Assembly (NCBI GenBank): GCA_016184145.1
Contig: JACPDF010000021.1
Span: 8,422 to 72,421, forward strand
From: Candidatus Woesearchaeota archaeon
Lineage (GTDB): Archaea; Nanobdellota; Nanobdellia; Woesearchaeales; GW2011-AR4
DNA: 64,000 nt
Direction: 5' to 3'
Shown here one piece after another: positions 1 to 10,213 of this stretch. The translations under genes and the position numbers were made by a program. A model generated the notes under the pieces. It had not been told where the DNA came from, did no database searches, and worked only from the letters and a program-made list of their open reading frames with translations. Each line of letters begins with the position of its first letter. The stretch's first letter is position 1.

Positions 1-21
1 ATAAATTTATTTTTCCTTGTT

Positions 22-810
22 TTGGTTTTGTCTGGATTTTTATTTTCTTTGGCATTCTCTTTGTTTATAATAAGGCATGCGCAGGAAATCAAAAGAGAGA
101 TTCACCCAAAAAATGCCAAGTTAATAACAGGAGTTGTTATTGTTTTGCTGGCTGCTTCCTTCCTGGGTTTCGGGGTTTATGTCGGAGAACATGGGGAAAA
201 AATTACTGGATATGCTGTTGATTCTACAGAAAAAGATGAACAAACCGAGCAGTCGCCACTGGCAACAACAACTCCTCCCGCCACAGAAACCTCAACACAA
301 ACACGACAACCAACAACCAAAAAAATAACTAATACTGAGACTTACCAAGCCGCTTCTATCCTGCTGAAGCTAACTCTGGGGAAATTTGCTGATGTTGGTG
401 TAAGCGATTACTGCAAAGCCCAGTATGACGGCTCTGATTATGGAACAACATCATACAGCATAAATAACCAGCAATTATTAACAGGCCAGGCTAATTTTCA
501 ATCAACTAACAACTGCATAGGAAATGAGACAACAGCAACAGCCCAGTCCCAGAAATCGATCATTGTAGCAGGCTTTACCTACCAAACTTCATGGACAATA
601 ACGCCATGCAAGGAGAATGTGCAATACACAATTTATCTTGGAAACAGCGTTGACGACAGAATTGGAATAGCAATAGGGATAGCAAACAAAGGAACAACGC
701 AATCAGAATCAAAGCGGTTTAGTTACACAAAAAATTACCAGTTTATCTGCATTCAGGCATCTGACACTTCTATAGGGAATAATGGCTATGCTTGCTTTAG
801 TGTGGTTTAG
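22..810 (+). CDS. hypothetical secreted or membrane-anchored protein with a Thr/Pro-rich linker
   Basis: ORF of 262 aa with an N-terminal hydrophobic helix followed by a T/P/Q-rich low-complexity linker and a Cys-containing C-terminal domain. It may continue upstream of the window. Confidence 0.45.
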   Translation: MVLSGFLFSLAFSLFIIRHAQEIKREIHPKNAKLITGVVIVLLAASFLGFGVYVGEHGEKITGYAVDSTEKDEQTEQSPLATTTPPATETSTQTRQPTTKKITNTETYQAASILLKLTLGKFADVGVSDYCKAQYDGSDYGTTSYSINNQQLLTGQANFQSTNNCIGNETTATAQSQKSIIVAGFTYQTSWTITPCKENVQYTIYLGNSVDDRIGIAIGIANKGTTQSESKRFSYTKNYQFICIQASDTSIGNNGYACFSVV

Positions 811-1955
811 GTTAGCTGTATCAGGCTTTGGTTAACCAAAACTTCGTAGAAAGCAACATCAGTTATGTTTAATTTGCTCAGCTGCTTTAAGCTCTCGCAG
901 CTCTGCCTCAAGTATTGGTTTGTAACCTTATCGCATACAGTATAATCCTTCTTATCGATCACAAAATTCATGTAGCATGTATCCTTGCGGTTGTCCTTGC
1001 TTATCTCCCCGCATATCTCGCTCTTTCCGGCTATCTTGGCAACATTGCTTAGGCAGACATCTTTTGTCCTCTCATCCGCCACTTTTATGCAATAAGTCCT
1101 GTCGCCTAAAACCTCTGCTATCTTGTTGAAGCATAAGTCCCTGGAAGTCTGCAACTGCAGCTGATTGCATAATTTTTCTGCTTCCCGACTGTTTTGCTTT
1201 GCTATCTGCTCGACTTTTTCCAAAGTCTCAAATGTGTTGATTGCGGAAGTTCCCGCTGTTTCTTCCCGGGTACCTTCTTTTTCCCCTGGTTTTTCTTGTA
1301 TAATCTCTTCTTGCTCTTCTTCTGTAACTGTCGTATTTTGCTCTTCAATAATTTCTTCTTCAGTTTCTGCAGTTTTCCCTCCGCTTATTTTTACTGGCAA
1401 AGTTGCAACAGCCCTCTGCCCGTTGTATGTTGCTATTGCCCTTAAAACATAATCGCCTGCTTCAGCGCCAGGAGGAATTTCCATAGCTACCTGCTTTGAG
1501 CCTTTTGTCTCTATTGCCCTGGTTTCCTCTTTAAACGTAAGAACATTATTTGTCTTGGTATTGATTAACTCATACCTTAAATTGACATCATACCTGTTTA
1601 GAGAGCCAAGATTGTCAAGCTCTGAAATAAAAGTGATTTCAGCTCCGGCATCAGCAGTTGTCTTTACGCTTTCCAGATTCAGGTCGAGCAATGTTGAAGG
1701 TGTTTTAGATGGCAAAAACTTAACCGTAACCACAACAGCAGCAATCATAACTACAAAGATTGCTGCAATTCCTATTAAAGTAGTAGGAGAGAAATGGATT
1801 ATATGCCTTACCTCTGGACTAGATGTGTACTTTATAGCTTCATCAACATCTGCCGGAGAATAGCCGTATCTTAACAGATAATTCTTTATTGTCTGTGCAT
1901 CAAAACCCCTCCTTGTCTGCTCCTGAATATAATTAACGAGCTTTTTATTTGCCAT
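807..1955 (-). CDS. hypothetical membrane-anchored protein with C-terminal regularly spaced Cys repeats
   Basis: 382 aa. A roughly 60-aa N-terminal cytoplasmic region is followed by a single TM helix (IGIAAIFVVMIAAVVVTV), an acidic E-rich linker, and a C-terminal region with Cys every 11-13 residues. Confidence 0.5.
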   Translation of the reverse strand: MANKKLVNYIQEQTRRGFDAQTIKNYLLRYGYSPADVDEAIKYTSSPEVRHIIHFSPTTLIGIAAIFVVMIAAVVVTVKFLPSKTPSTLLDLNLESVKTTADAGAEITFISELDNLGSLNRYDVNLRYELINTKTNNVLTFKEETRAIETKGSKQVAMEIPPGAEAGDYVLRAIATYNGQRAVATLPVKISGGKTAETEEEIIEEQNTTVTEEEQEEIIQEKPGEKEGTREETAGTSAINTFETLEKVEQIAKQNSREAEKLCNQLQLQTSRDLCFNKIAEVLGDRTYCIKVADERTKDVCLSNVAKIAGKSEICGEISKDNRKDTCYMNFVIDKKDYTVCDKVTNQYLRQSCESLKQLSKLNITDVAFYEVLVNQSLIQLT

Positions 1956-2036
1956 TAGGCTTTCTTTTTCTTGTTGTATATTTAAATGTTATTTTAATTT
2001 TGCTAAAACTCAATGCCGTATTAATATACTTGATAC

Positions 2037-2124
2037 ATACTTAAAATATACTTAATTTTGTATAAATAATACTTTAAAAATACTTAAAATATACTTTATT
2101 TATACTATTTTTTGTATAAATTTG
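2037..2124. promoter_or_regulatory. AT-rich direct repeats in a divergent promoter region
   Basis: Two copies of TACTTAAAATATACTT...TTTTGTATAAAT about 48 bp apart, lying between the divergent genes at 807..1955(-) and 2230..2400(+). Confidence 0.3.
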
Positions 2125-2229
2125 ACAAAAAGCATAAAAAAGTAATAAAAATATTTATATACTAGTATACAAATTATATCATAATTATGACAGAATTTAG
2201 GCTAAAATCAGTCTAAATAGAGTAAAAAT

Positions 2230-2400
2230 ATGGTAAACAACTCCATCCAGATAAGAATTACAGTTTCTAAGGAAATTAATGACTTATTAGAAAAGGCAGC
2301 GAAAAAGCTGGGCAAAAAGAAATCAATGTTAGCTAGGGAGCTTATGGAGCAAAAATTGTATGATTTAAACTTAATACAAAAGGAGCTAAAGGAAATTTAA
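2230..2400 (+). CDS. small ribbon-helix-helix (CopG/Arc-like) DNA-binding protein
   Basis: Unlisted 56-aa ORF, MVNNSIQIRITVSKEINDLLEKAAKKLGKKKSMLARELMEQKL... It shows the beta-strand-helix-helix pattern typical of RHH regulators and lies 1 nt upstream of the module-1 pilin-like gene. Confidence 0.5.
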   Translation: MVNNSIQIRITVSKEINDLLEKAAKKLGKKKSMLARELMEQKLYDLNLIQKELKEI

Positions 2401-2401
2401 G

Positions 2402-4522
2402 ATGATAAAGAAAGCGCAAGTTTCAATTTTCATCATCCTTGGAATAGTGATTTTAGCAGCAGCTGCAGTAGTTTTTTACATAAACACAACAGCGGAAGAA
2501 GAGGAAATCGAGCCCGGAGTTTTCATTTCCACAAAAGAAATACCAACGCAGCTTGACCCTGTAAGCAATTTTGTTACACAATGTCTTGATGATGCGGCTG
2601 TTCGAGGCCTAAAGCTTATAGGCGAACATGGCGGCTATGTAGATATTAACAGCCCAGAGCTTACAAAACAGAATTTCAAAATGAGCAATGATCCTACAGA
2701 AAGTGATGCCGTGGCTTTTGCTCCCCAAAGTGATTTGAAGATTCCATACTGGTGGTACCTCGAAAGCAGCAATAACTGCCAGGAAACATGCAAGTTTGCA
2801 AGCAAAAGGCCTCCATTGAGAGATGAGGATAACTCAATAGAAAAGCAGCTTGATAGGTACATAGAAAAAAACCTGCCGGAATGCATAAACAATTTTGAAA
2901 GCTTAAAGGAACAGGGATTTGAGATTACTCAATCAAGCGCAATAAAAGCTAATACTAAAGTTGCGGAAAATGACGTGGTTGTAGTCTTGGACTATAGTTT
3001 GGAGGCAAAGAAATCAGATACAGCTTCAACTATAGACCAGTTCTTTGTAAGGGTTCCTGTAGACCTGCAGAAAATCTACAGTCTGTCTACAGACATTGCA
3101 AACATGCAGCAGAAATATCGTTTCCTCGAGAGGCAGACAATGAACCTAATCTCATCTTTTTCATCAGTTGATAAGGACAAACTGCCTCCAATTACAGACA
3201 TGAGGTTTGAATTTGGAAGCACAACAAGCTGGAGGAAGTCTGATGTAAAAAACAGCGTTACACAGGTATTGGCAAGCTACATCCCATTTTTCCAGGTTGA
3301 TGGCGCAAAGAACTTCAACCGCGGCTTCTACTCTTCAGGGCTAAAGCAGAGATTATATGACAGCATGATTATTCCCGTTGCAGACCAAGAATACAATAAC
3401 CTTGATGTCACATTTAATTATCTTGATTTCTGGCCTGCATATTTTAACATTAACTGCAATGGAGATATTTGCCAGCCAGAGTCAGCTTCCTCGAACTTAT
3501 TGGCCTTTATTGGGCTGCAAAGGTATGATTTTGCATATGACATTTCATTTCCTGCTTTAGTTGAGGTTTTTGATGAGAACGCATTAAATGGCCGGGGCTA
3601 TAAGTTCAATTTCTTTCTGGAAGCGAACGTAAGGAACAACCAAGAGTTAGAATCGGAGTTTGTGCCTTTACAGGCAGCTAATGTGCCAACAGCATCTTTC
3701 CTTTGCAATATAGAAAACAGGAACAGTGCTGATGTGACTATCAAAGCGATTGATGCTGTTGAAGCAAAGCCATTGGAGGATGTAAGCGTTACCTTGAGTG
3801 TTGCAGGAGAAAGCTGCTACATTGGGAGCACAAATGAGGATGGCACCCTGGTTGCAAAATTTCCAACCGGGACAGCCGGCGCAGTTGTAGGTTTATTAAA
3901 GCCTGATTATATTTCAAAATCGCAATTGTTTGACGCAAGCCCTGACAGGAAGCTTTCTGTCGAAGCAAAGCTTGATCCTGTCAAAGACAAAAAGATTGCT
4001 GTCAAGAAAAAGCTGCTCGAGAAAACAAACAGAGGCTGGGAGTTTACAAATAAGATTTCTGACTTAAAGCCGGAGGAGGAAGCTTTTGTAACTTTAACAA
4101 GGCTAAGTCCGGCAACAGAGGAAGACTTTGATGCGGTTGCAAGCATAAAAGGGACAAATGAAGAGCAGATCAGGCTGGCCCCAGGCAGATATGAAGTCAA
4201 TATAAACACTTTCCTGAGGGAAGACATAAGGATACCGGAAAAGAAAGTGAAGAAAAAAACTGGTTTGTTCTCGGAAGAGGAATTCACTATTCCAGGAATT
4301 GATTTTAACAGCCAGAACCCTTATCCTTCTGGCGGCTTAAGGATGAATGTTACCATAACAGAAGATGACCTGAAGAAAGGCACCATAACATTTTTTGCAG
4401 TAAGCCCTGCCCTGGAAAATGTTCCCGAGCAGCAAAGGTCAATTGACGATCTGAACCAGGCAGCTAAGATTGAAGAATACTCAAGGGTATTCGCACCATT
4501 GCTAAAGCCGGTATTCCAATAA
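2402..4522 (+). CDS. large protein with class-III (prepilin-like) signal motif, family member 1
   Basis: N-terminus MIKKAQ|VSIFIILGIVILAAAAVVFY fits [KR][GA]Q[VA]S plus a hydrophobic stretch. It shares the motifs xPYWWY and NLxxCIxxFxxF with 11741..13621 and 42317..43111. Confidence 0.6.
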   Translation: MIKKAQVSIFIILGIVILAAAAVVFYINTTAEEEEIEPGVFISTKEIPTQLDPVSNFVTQCLDDAAVRGLKLIGEHGGYVDINSPELTKQNFKMSNDPTESDAVAFAPQSDLKIPYWWYLESSNNCQETCKFASKRPPLRDEDNSIEKQLDRYIEKNLPECINNFESLKEQGFEITQSSAIKANTKVAENDVVVVLDYSLEAKKSDTASTIDQFFVRVPVDLQKIYSLSTDIANMQQKYRFLERQTMNLISSFSSVDKDKLPPITDMRFEFGSTTSWRKSDVKNSVTQVLASYIPFFQVDGAKNFNRGFYSSGLKQRLYDSMIIPVADQEYNNLDVTFNYLDFWPAYFNINCNGDICQPESASSNLLAFIGLQRYDFAYDISFPALVEVFDENALNGRGYKFNFFLEANVRNNQELESEFVPLQAANVPTASFLCNIENRNSADVTIKAIDAVEAKPLEDVSVTLSVAGESCYIGSTNEDGTLVAKFPTGTAGAVVGLLKPDYISKSQLFDASPDRKLSVEAKLDPVKDKKIAVKKKLLEKTNRGWEFTNKISDLKPEEEAFVTLTRLSPATEEDFDAVASIKGTNEEQIRLAPGRYEVNINTFLREDIRIPEKKVKKKTGLFSEEEFTIPGIDFNSQNPYPSGGLRMNVTITEDDLKKGTITFFAVSPALENVPEQQRSIDDLNQAAKIEEYSRVFAPLLKPVFQ

Positions 4523-4555
4523 AATGATTTTCAATAAAAAAAACAATGAAAAATT

Positions 4556-4614
4556 CAATAATAAAAATCCATTAAAAAATAATCAACAATAAAATAAGAA
4601 ATAATAATTAAAAA
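4556..4614 (-). repeat. conserved AT-rich ~60-nt intergenic element (copy 1 of 3)
   Basis: The reverse complement reads cattttttaattattatttcttattttattgttgattattttttaatggattttt. This is about 85-90% identical to the segments at 23888..23965 and 58141..58200. Confidence 0.5.
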
Positions 4615-7600
4615 ATGAATAAAAAATACAGACAAAAAATTGCAGTAATGCTAAGCATATTAGTTGTAATGCTGCCGATATATTCTTCCATTGTATTTGC
4701 TAATTTATCCAAAATAGAGGCCCGCGGTAAGGACAATGTGAATAATTATATGAGAGAAGAGGATTTCATCACATTCAAGGCAACCGCTTCCATATCTGGA
4801 GACAGCGCAATAACTCCAAACCAGGTGCTTTTGGGCTCTGATCTGCAGTTTGACAGCTGCAAGGCAGGCATAGACGGCTTTGACTGCACCTTAAGGTTCC
4901 CTGGGAACGGGACAACAGTATTTGACGCAAGGGCCATTCCTTACACAGTAACATTAAAGAATGATGCAGGAAATGTCGTAGAGGCAAAAACCGACAGCAT
5001 TTTTGTTGACAATCTGCCTCCGGAAATTACTTCTTTTAGTGTTGACCAGGCTCTTGTAAGCTCTGGCGTTGTAAGATTTAGTTTTGATGTTGTAGATCAT
5101 GCCTGTGCAGCCTCTTCATGTTCTGGAAAGTGCTCAGGCATCAGCAGGGTTGAGCTTTCTGACAGTAACAGCAATTACAAGGATACCATCACTTTAAACA
5201 CTGACTCATGCACTATTACTAAGGTATTTGAAACATCCTCGTTGGAGTTCTCAGAAGGTGCTCATGTAATATTGGCAAAAGCATTTGATAGGTTTGATCA
5301 GTTATCAACAGCATCAGCAGCCTTTCAGCTTGACAAAAGCGCCCCTTTCATTGACTTAAACACCTTCAAGGTTGTTGATAGCCTGGATATAGACCTAAGC
5401 TCTTTTGGAATTAACCCTGTGCCTGTGACAGTAAAGATTGACATAAAAGACACTGATTTGAATAAGGACAATGTGTTTGCTAATTTAAGCGAGCTTAATA
5501 AAAACGCCGGTCTTGGAAATGCGCAGGCTGCTTGCGGTGCGACTGAAAATGATATAACAACATGCTCATGGCAGATAAGCCTTGCTCCTGACGGCTCTGG
5601 GCTAAAGAAAGTCACTATACTCGCTTCCGACAGCTCTGGAAATAATGCAAAGACAGAGATAACAAAGAGCTTTGGGCTGGACAACGAGGGCCCTGTTGTC
5701 CTTTCTTTGGCTACTTCCCAGGTTATAGACGGCCAGAGCTTTGCTAAATCAAATAATAATACTTTTATTGCCACTTTCAGGGATGAGGCAGGAGTAAAAC
5801 CAACAGACATTAAGCTGCATGCAGACGCTCTTGTTAAGGATGCAGACTCATGCGCTCAAGTAGTGGACATATGGCAGTGCACCTGGAGCAATATCAATCT
5901 CCTCAATCCGGGAAAAGTAAAGGTCTTCATCGATACTGATTCAAAGGACAGGGTAGGTAATGCTGTTTCGGAGAAATTTGAGAGAGAGGTCGTTGTTGAC
6001 TCTGCAAATCCAAAATTGATTCAGCTGGTTGTAAAAGGCATTGGCGGAAAGCAGGAAACAATTGAAGACTTTATTATCGCAGGGGACAAGCTGCAGGTCG
6101 AGGCAGTTATAGAAGATGATAGCCTGCAGAAAGCTGTTGCAGATTTTTCCAGATTTATATTTAATGCCCAAGAGGTTGATGCAGATGCGTGCACAAAGAC
6201 TGGAGAGAAAACAGTTGTATGCTCATGGACTACTTCCAGCATAGACATAGAAGGCTTTATTGATGATTTTATAAGGTTTGAATTTACTGATATTGCAGGC
6301 AATACCCTGGAAGCCAAGGAGCCTTTGAAGGTTTTTGGGGTGACAGGAGGCGAGACTCCTGATTTCTGGCAAAGCGCTGTCCAGTGCTCCCCATCTTTAT
6401 TGGATAGGGAAACAATGCCGCTGATAAACCAGAGGGCTTTTTGTTTGGTTTCTTTAAGGCCAAAATCATTGGTGGATGATCTAGGCACATTCGAGGATGT
6501 GGAGCCCGTAAGCGCAAGCTTAGGGGAATGCAATGGAGATTTAAGCTTTGTTGACGATATTAAATTGGAAAATAATGAATTCAGCAAAGAGCCTTTGATA
6601 AGGATCAACTTCAGGAAGCAGGATGCTAACATAGATAAGCTTGATTTTCTATGCCCTATTGACATAATATCGAGGAAAGGCAACAATATTTTCACAGTGC
6701 CAGAAAAAGAAAATGTAGATATAACTTTCCAGCTCTACAACCAGCCTCTCGGAGAAGTTAGCGAGAGCGTCCAGAAAAAGATTGATGATGCAGTTGAAGA
6801 TTCAAATAATATACTGAAAGTTGCGACTTTCTTCAAAAAGATTTTCTTTTATGGTCAGAGGACTTGCGAAATTGGGAATACAATTGTCAATGTTATAGTT
6901 TTATACAAAGTTGCTGGTAAAGTATGGGCTAATTGGGATGCTGCAACTACAGGAACACCAGCAAATCCACCAGCTAAAGCGCAAAGAATATCCTGGGATA
7001 TTATAACTGAAGAAGCAAGGCAGGAAACTTTAAAGGGATGGCCATTTTTCACAAAAGCATGCAACTTTGTCAATTGCAAGACCGTTATAGATACAGGTTC
7101 TGGTGCATTAAGGGTTGATGAAACGGCTATCACATTTAAGTTTGAAGACCCGGATTCCCTTTTGGGAAAATGGAGGCAGGCAGGAAACGGAATTATTAAA
7201 ACCTTGGATGTTGAGGGTGTTGTAAGCAAATATGTAGGGGGAGGAGGCAAAGAGAGCAACCCTGCTAGGTTCATGAACCCCAAAGACAGCATTGTAGTCG
7301 CATCTTTGACAGCGTGCATTCCTGGAATAATTTACGGCTTGGACAAGTACAGGCAGATACAATGCATGTATGCTGACTGCTTGCAGACGGGCGTTGGCGA
7401 GCAGGGCCTGCCTGTATTTGCATGTGAGGACCAAAAAGGCTATGCCACATGCAAGTATGTTGTAGGAGAGGCTTTCAAAGTCATACCCATAACAGCTGCA
7501 TTTGATTATTATGCAAATTTAATAAAATCCACTTTGGCAAACCCGTTCAAGATATTGGGAGCTGGAATGGCAGCTGCATGCAACCCGGCAATTGTGGCAG

Positions 7601-7776
7601 AGCCATTTAGCTATGAAATTTGCGCAGCGGTAAAAATAGCATCTCTCCTTGGAGTCACAATACAGGAAGTGACATCAATATTTGACTCAAATACATGGAA
7701 GGTGCAGGAAGACTTTTGCGGCAGGCTGGACAAAGGCAGCTCAGAGGAAAAAAGCGGAGGCCTATTTGGGATATAA
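4615..7776 (+). CDS. giant secreted surface protein (1053 aa) with Ig-like repeats and a C-terminal Cys-rich domain
   Basis: Signal peptide MNKKYRQKIAVMLSILVVMLPIYSSIVFA. Repeated beta-rich segments follow. The C-terminal Cys pattern (CxxxGI...CL...AC...YV) recurs in the 2227-aa protein. Confidence 0.7.
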   Translation: MNKKYRQKIAVMLSILVVMLPIYSSIVFANLSKIEARGKDNVNNYMREEDFITFKATASISGDSAITPNQVLLGSDLQFDSCKAGIDGFDCTLRFPGNGTTVFDARAIPYTVTLKNDAGNVVEAKTDSIFVDNLPPEITSFSVDQALVSSGVVRFSFDVVDHACAASSCSGKCSGISRVELSDSNSNYKDTITLNTDSCTITKVFETSSLEFSEGAHVILAKAFDRFDQLSTASAAFQLDKSAPFIDLNTFKVVDSLDIDLSSFGINPVPVTVKIDIKDTDLNKDNVFANLSELNKNAGLGNAQAACGATENDITTCSWQISLAPDGSGLKKVTILASDSSGNNAKTEITKSFGLDNEGPVVLSLATSQVIDGQSFAKSNNNTFIATFRDEAGVKPTDIKLHADALVKDADSCAQVVDIWQCTWSNINLLNPGKVKVFIDTDSKDRVGNAVSEKFEREVVVDSANPKLIQLVVKGIGGKQETIEDFIIAGDKLQVEAVIEDDSLQKAVADFSRFIFNAQEVDADACTKTGEKTVVCSWTTSSIDIEGFIDDFIRFEFTDIAGNTLEAKEPLKVFGVTGGETPDFWQSAVQCSPSLLDRETMPLINQRAFCLVSLRPKSLVDDLGTFEDVEPVSASLGECNGDLSFVDDIKLENNEFSKEPLIRINFRKQDANIDKLDFLCPIDIISRKGNNIFTVPEKENVDITFQLYNQPLGEVSESVQKKIDDAVEDSNNILKVATFFKKIFFYGQRTCEIGNTIVNVIVLYKVAGKVWANWDAATTGTPANPPAKAQRISWDIITEEARQETLKGWPFFTKACNFVNCKTVIDTGSGALRVDETAITFKFEDPDSLLGKWRQAGNGIIKTLDVEGVVSKYVGGGGKESNPARFMNPKDSIVVASLTACIPGIIYGLDKYRQIQCMYADCLQTGVGEQGLPVFACEDQKGYATCKYVVGEAFKVIPITAAFDYYANLIKSTLANPFKILGAGMAAACNPAIVAEPFSYEICAAVKIASLLGVTIQEVTSIFDSNTWKVQEDFCGRLDKGSSEEKSGGLFGI

Positions 7777-7783
7777 TTAAAGA

Positions 7784-10189
7784 ATGAAACATAAAAAACT
7801 GACAAAAAAAGCGCACCAACTAAGCACAATATTGATAGTTATAGTTTCTGTTATTTCCATAATTTCATTTGGGTTTTATACTGAAAATAATCCTGTTTCT
7901 GGTAATAATAAAAATATTGAACTGGAAATTACAGAGTCTGCTACAGGGATGGAAAGTGTTACTGGTATGGTGGTAAGTGGGAAAATTTCTGGACCTGCCA
8001 CACCGCCACCTCCGCCTGCACCCACAGCAACTGCGCCGCCTGCACCTGGAACAACTGCAACAGCTACCCCGCCCAAACCAACTGCGCCACCAGCACCGCT
8101 AGCAAGTCCCGAATCTATAAAAAAAGGCCCTCCAACAGCAAGACCAGTACCAGCAAATGATGGGTATTGGTACTTCAAAGAAAGTGATGGAACTCTTAAA
8201 TGGTATAATCCGAAAAAAGCTGGGACTGACAAGTGGGAAGAAATATTAAATACCTACACTATTACAGCAAGCAAGGGTGGGGAAACAAGAACCTTAAGCA
8301 TCGAAGCTGCAACGCTTAATAAGGCAACAGCCGAATTGACAAAAACCGGTTTTATAATATCGAATGTTGTATCTCCGCAAATAGCACAACAGCCAGCAGT
8401 AGCAGCGGATTTTAGACCTGACACTTTGGGAGGTGCAAATATTGTGAAAAACAGCAAAGGTGAAATGTATTTCGTGCCAACAGGGAAGACTCCTGAGCAA
8501 TATGCGCTTGAATTAAACCAAAAAATTGTAATCCAGAATGAATACAAAAAATTCCTTCAAGATAATAAGCTAAAAGATGATGACAAAAGCAAAAAGTGGT
8601 TTAAGGAGAATCTGCCTCCAGGCATTAATGCCGACCTGGTTAATGATGCCCTAGGAATAGGGGCTGCATCAGCATCTAAACAAGTAGCCATCTCAGTGCA
8701 AAAAATATCGCTTCCAAATGGGAAATTTAAGTTTATATTTGAAGGGAAAGAGTATGATAGTGACAGTGATAGCGAACCTCCTGAATTAACTGCTGCCAAA
8801 AATTTTAAAAAAGAGCATCCGACAGCAAAAAAAACCGATTTTACAGCTGATGGAAACACAGTCTATTCTGAAGGTAATAAATACATACTCCAAACCGGCG
8901 AGGAATATAAGGGCGAAGCCATAAAAAAAGAAAAAATTGGAGGAATTCCTTATGATGTTACTTACTCATTTGAAGGCAAAAAACCTGAACCCACCAAAAT
9001 TAAAATAGATGAAACAGATTTCAACTTAAATTCCAATGTTCTGAGCCAATTAAAGAGCAAAGTTGGCAAAGAAGACACGCTTAAGGTAAGCGAAGGGAAT
9101 TTAGTCCACACAAAAACAGCAAAAAAAACAGAAGGAAAGGAAGGGGAGGACAGCTATAGAGAAGCTACCACTACCACTATTTCAACTTATAATAAAGATG
9201 GATTAAATAGTTTAGTAGTAGATTATATCACAGTTAACAAAGATGGTAATGTCGTTGACAAAAAAAAGACAGTAACAACCTATGAATACGATAAAGGCAA
9301 TAATAAAGACAAACCTTTAAACATTATAGAAACAACTTATGAAAAAGATGAAAATGGAATTATAGATGAGTCAAAGAGTAGGACACTAATCACAGATGCA
9401 ATAACAGGAGAGCCAATAACAGTATTTTATTCAATCGGTCATCCAAGGAAGGGTAAAGAAAATGAGGACCTTGATCTCCTCAAAACCCAGTTTAAATCCA
9501 GGCAGTTCTTCGCCCAGCTTGAATCATCCCTTACAGACTTTAGCGGTTTAGGCTATTACGCAACATTATTCTTCAGCAGGGAAGACCTTGATATCTGGAG
9601 GGAGAATGTTGACAAGATATTCGCTACTTTATATTTAGGTACAGAGTATTGGACTTCTGGCATATGCGCCGCTGCCACAGACCTAGACAGGAGCAGCCAG
9701 GGAGTTGCTTATATTGACACCAAAACAGGCTTAGCGGCAGTAGCTGCGCATATAGAAGCTACACGAAGCGAGCAGATAATAGGGCCTGGAACAGAAGATA
9801 ACAGAACAGGTACAGTAAGGCCTACCAGGGAGTTTTTGTACAAGATAACATTCAACGTAAAGAATGGTGACTATGATACGGATCCAAAAGCCCTGGAAAA
9901 GATGAGGTTTAATATTGTATTAAGGGGGGAAAGGACGGCAAAGCTCTTCAGGAATAATATTGAGGTGAAAAAAGGAAATCAGTTTGGGCATCTTGGAAGA
10001 AATGCAATAGTGCAGTATAGCGACTTTTTCTATAGTACGGCATGCATAGAATTTGAAAATGCTCCGTCATCATGGACTTTAGACAATAATGAATTATGCA
10101 ACACAATTTTAGGACCTTCAGGGCCTACATCTATAGGCCAGCAGCAAACTGCCCAGGAAAGCGCAGGAGGAGATATTCTTGACATATAG
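7784..10189 (+). CDS. secreted protein (801 aa) with a Pro/Thr/Ala-rich linker
   Basis: N-terminal TM/signal region, then a PATPPPPPAPTATAPPAPG linker and a long K/E/T-rich domain. The gene is co-directional and contiguous with 4615..7776. Confidence 0.65.
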   Translation: MKHKKLTKKAHQLSTILIVIVSVISIISFGFYTENNPVSGNNKNIELEITESATGMESVTGMVVSGKISGPATPPPPPAPTATAPPAPGTTATATPPKPTAPPAPLASPESIKKGPPTARPVPANDGYWYFKESDGTLKWYNPKKAGTDKWEEILNTYTITASKGGETRTLSIEAATLNKATAELTKTGFIISNVVSPQIAQQPAVAADFRPDTLGGANIVKNSKGEMYFVPTGKTPEQYALELNQKIVIQNEYKKFLQDNKLKDDDKSKKWFKENLPPGINADLVNDALGIGAASASKQVAISVQKISLPNGKFKFIFEGKEYDSDSDSEPPELTAAKNFKKEHPTAKKTDFTADGNTVYSEGNKYILQTGEEYKGEAIKKEKIGGIPYDVTYSFEGKKPEPTKIKIDETDFNLNSNVLSQLKSKVGKEDTLKVSEGNLVHTKTAKKTEGKEGEDSYREATTTTISTYNKDGLNSLVVDYITVNKDGNVVDKKKTVTTYEYDKGNNKDKPLNIIETTYEKDENGIIDESKSRTLITDAITGEPITVFYSIGHPRKGKENEDLDLLKTQFKSRQFFAQLESSLTDFSGLGYYATLFFSREDLDIWRENVDKIFATLYLGTEYWTSGICAAATDLDRSSQGVAYIDTKTGLAAVAAHIEATRSEQIIGPGTEDNRTGTVRPTREFLYKITFNVKNGDYDTDPKALEKMRFNIVLRGERTAKLFRNNIEVKKGNQFGHLGRNAIVQYSDFFYSTACIEFENAPSSWTLDNNELCNTILGPSGPTSIGQQQTAQESAGGDILDI

Positions 10190-10213
10190 GGCATAAATTA
10201 AAAATATCTTAAC

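Noticed and set aside
134-328. A 64-aa ORF nested inside 22..810 in another frame was considered as a gene.
   Set aside because: It is fully contained in a longer and better-supported ORF and has an Arg/Gln-rich artefact composition.
5325-6695. Long antisense ORFs inside the giant genes (for example 5325..5810, 6021..6695, 6855..7319, 14454..14804, 17423..17791, 18864..19175 and 19520..20368) were considered as genes.
   Set aside because: They lie entirely within, and antisense to, long well-supported coding regions. They are shadow ORFs of low compositional plausibility.
7876-8232. A Gly/Ala-rich minus-strand ORF was considered as a gene.
   Set aside because: It is the antisense mirror of the Pro/Thr/Ala linker in 7784..10189.
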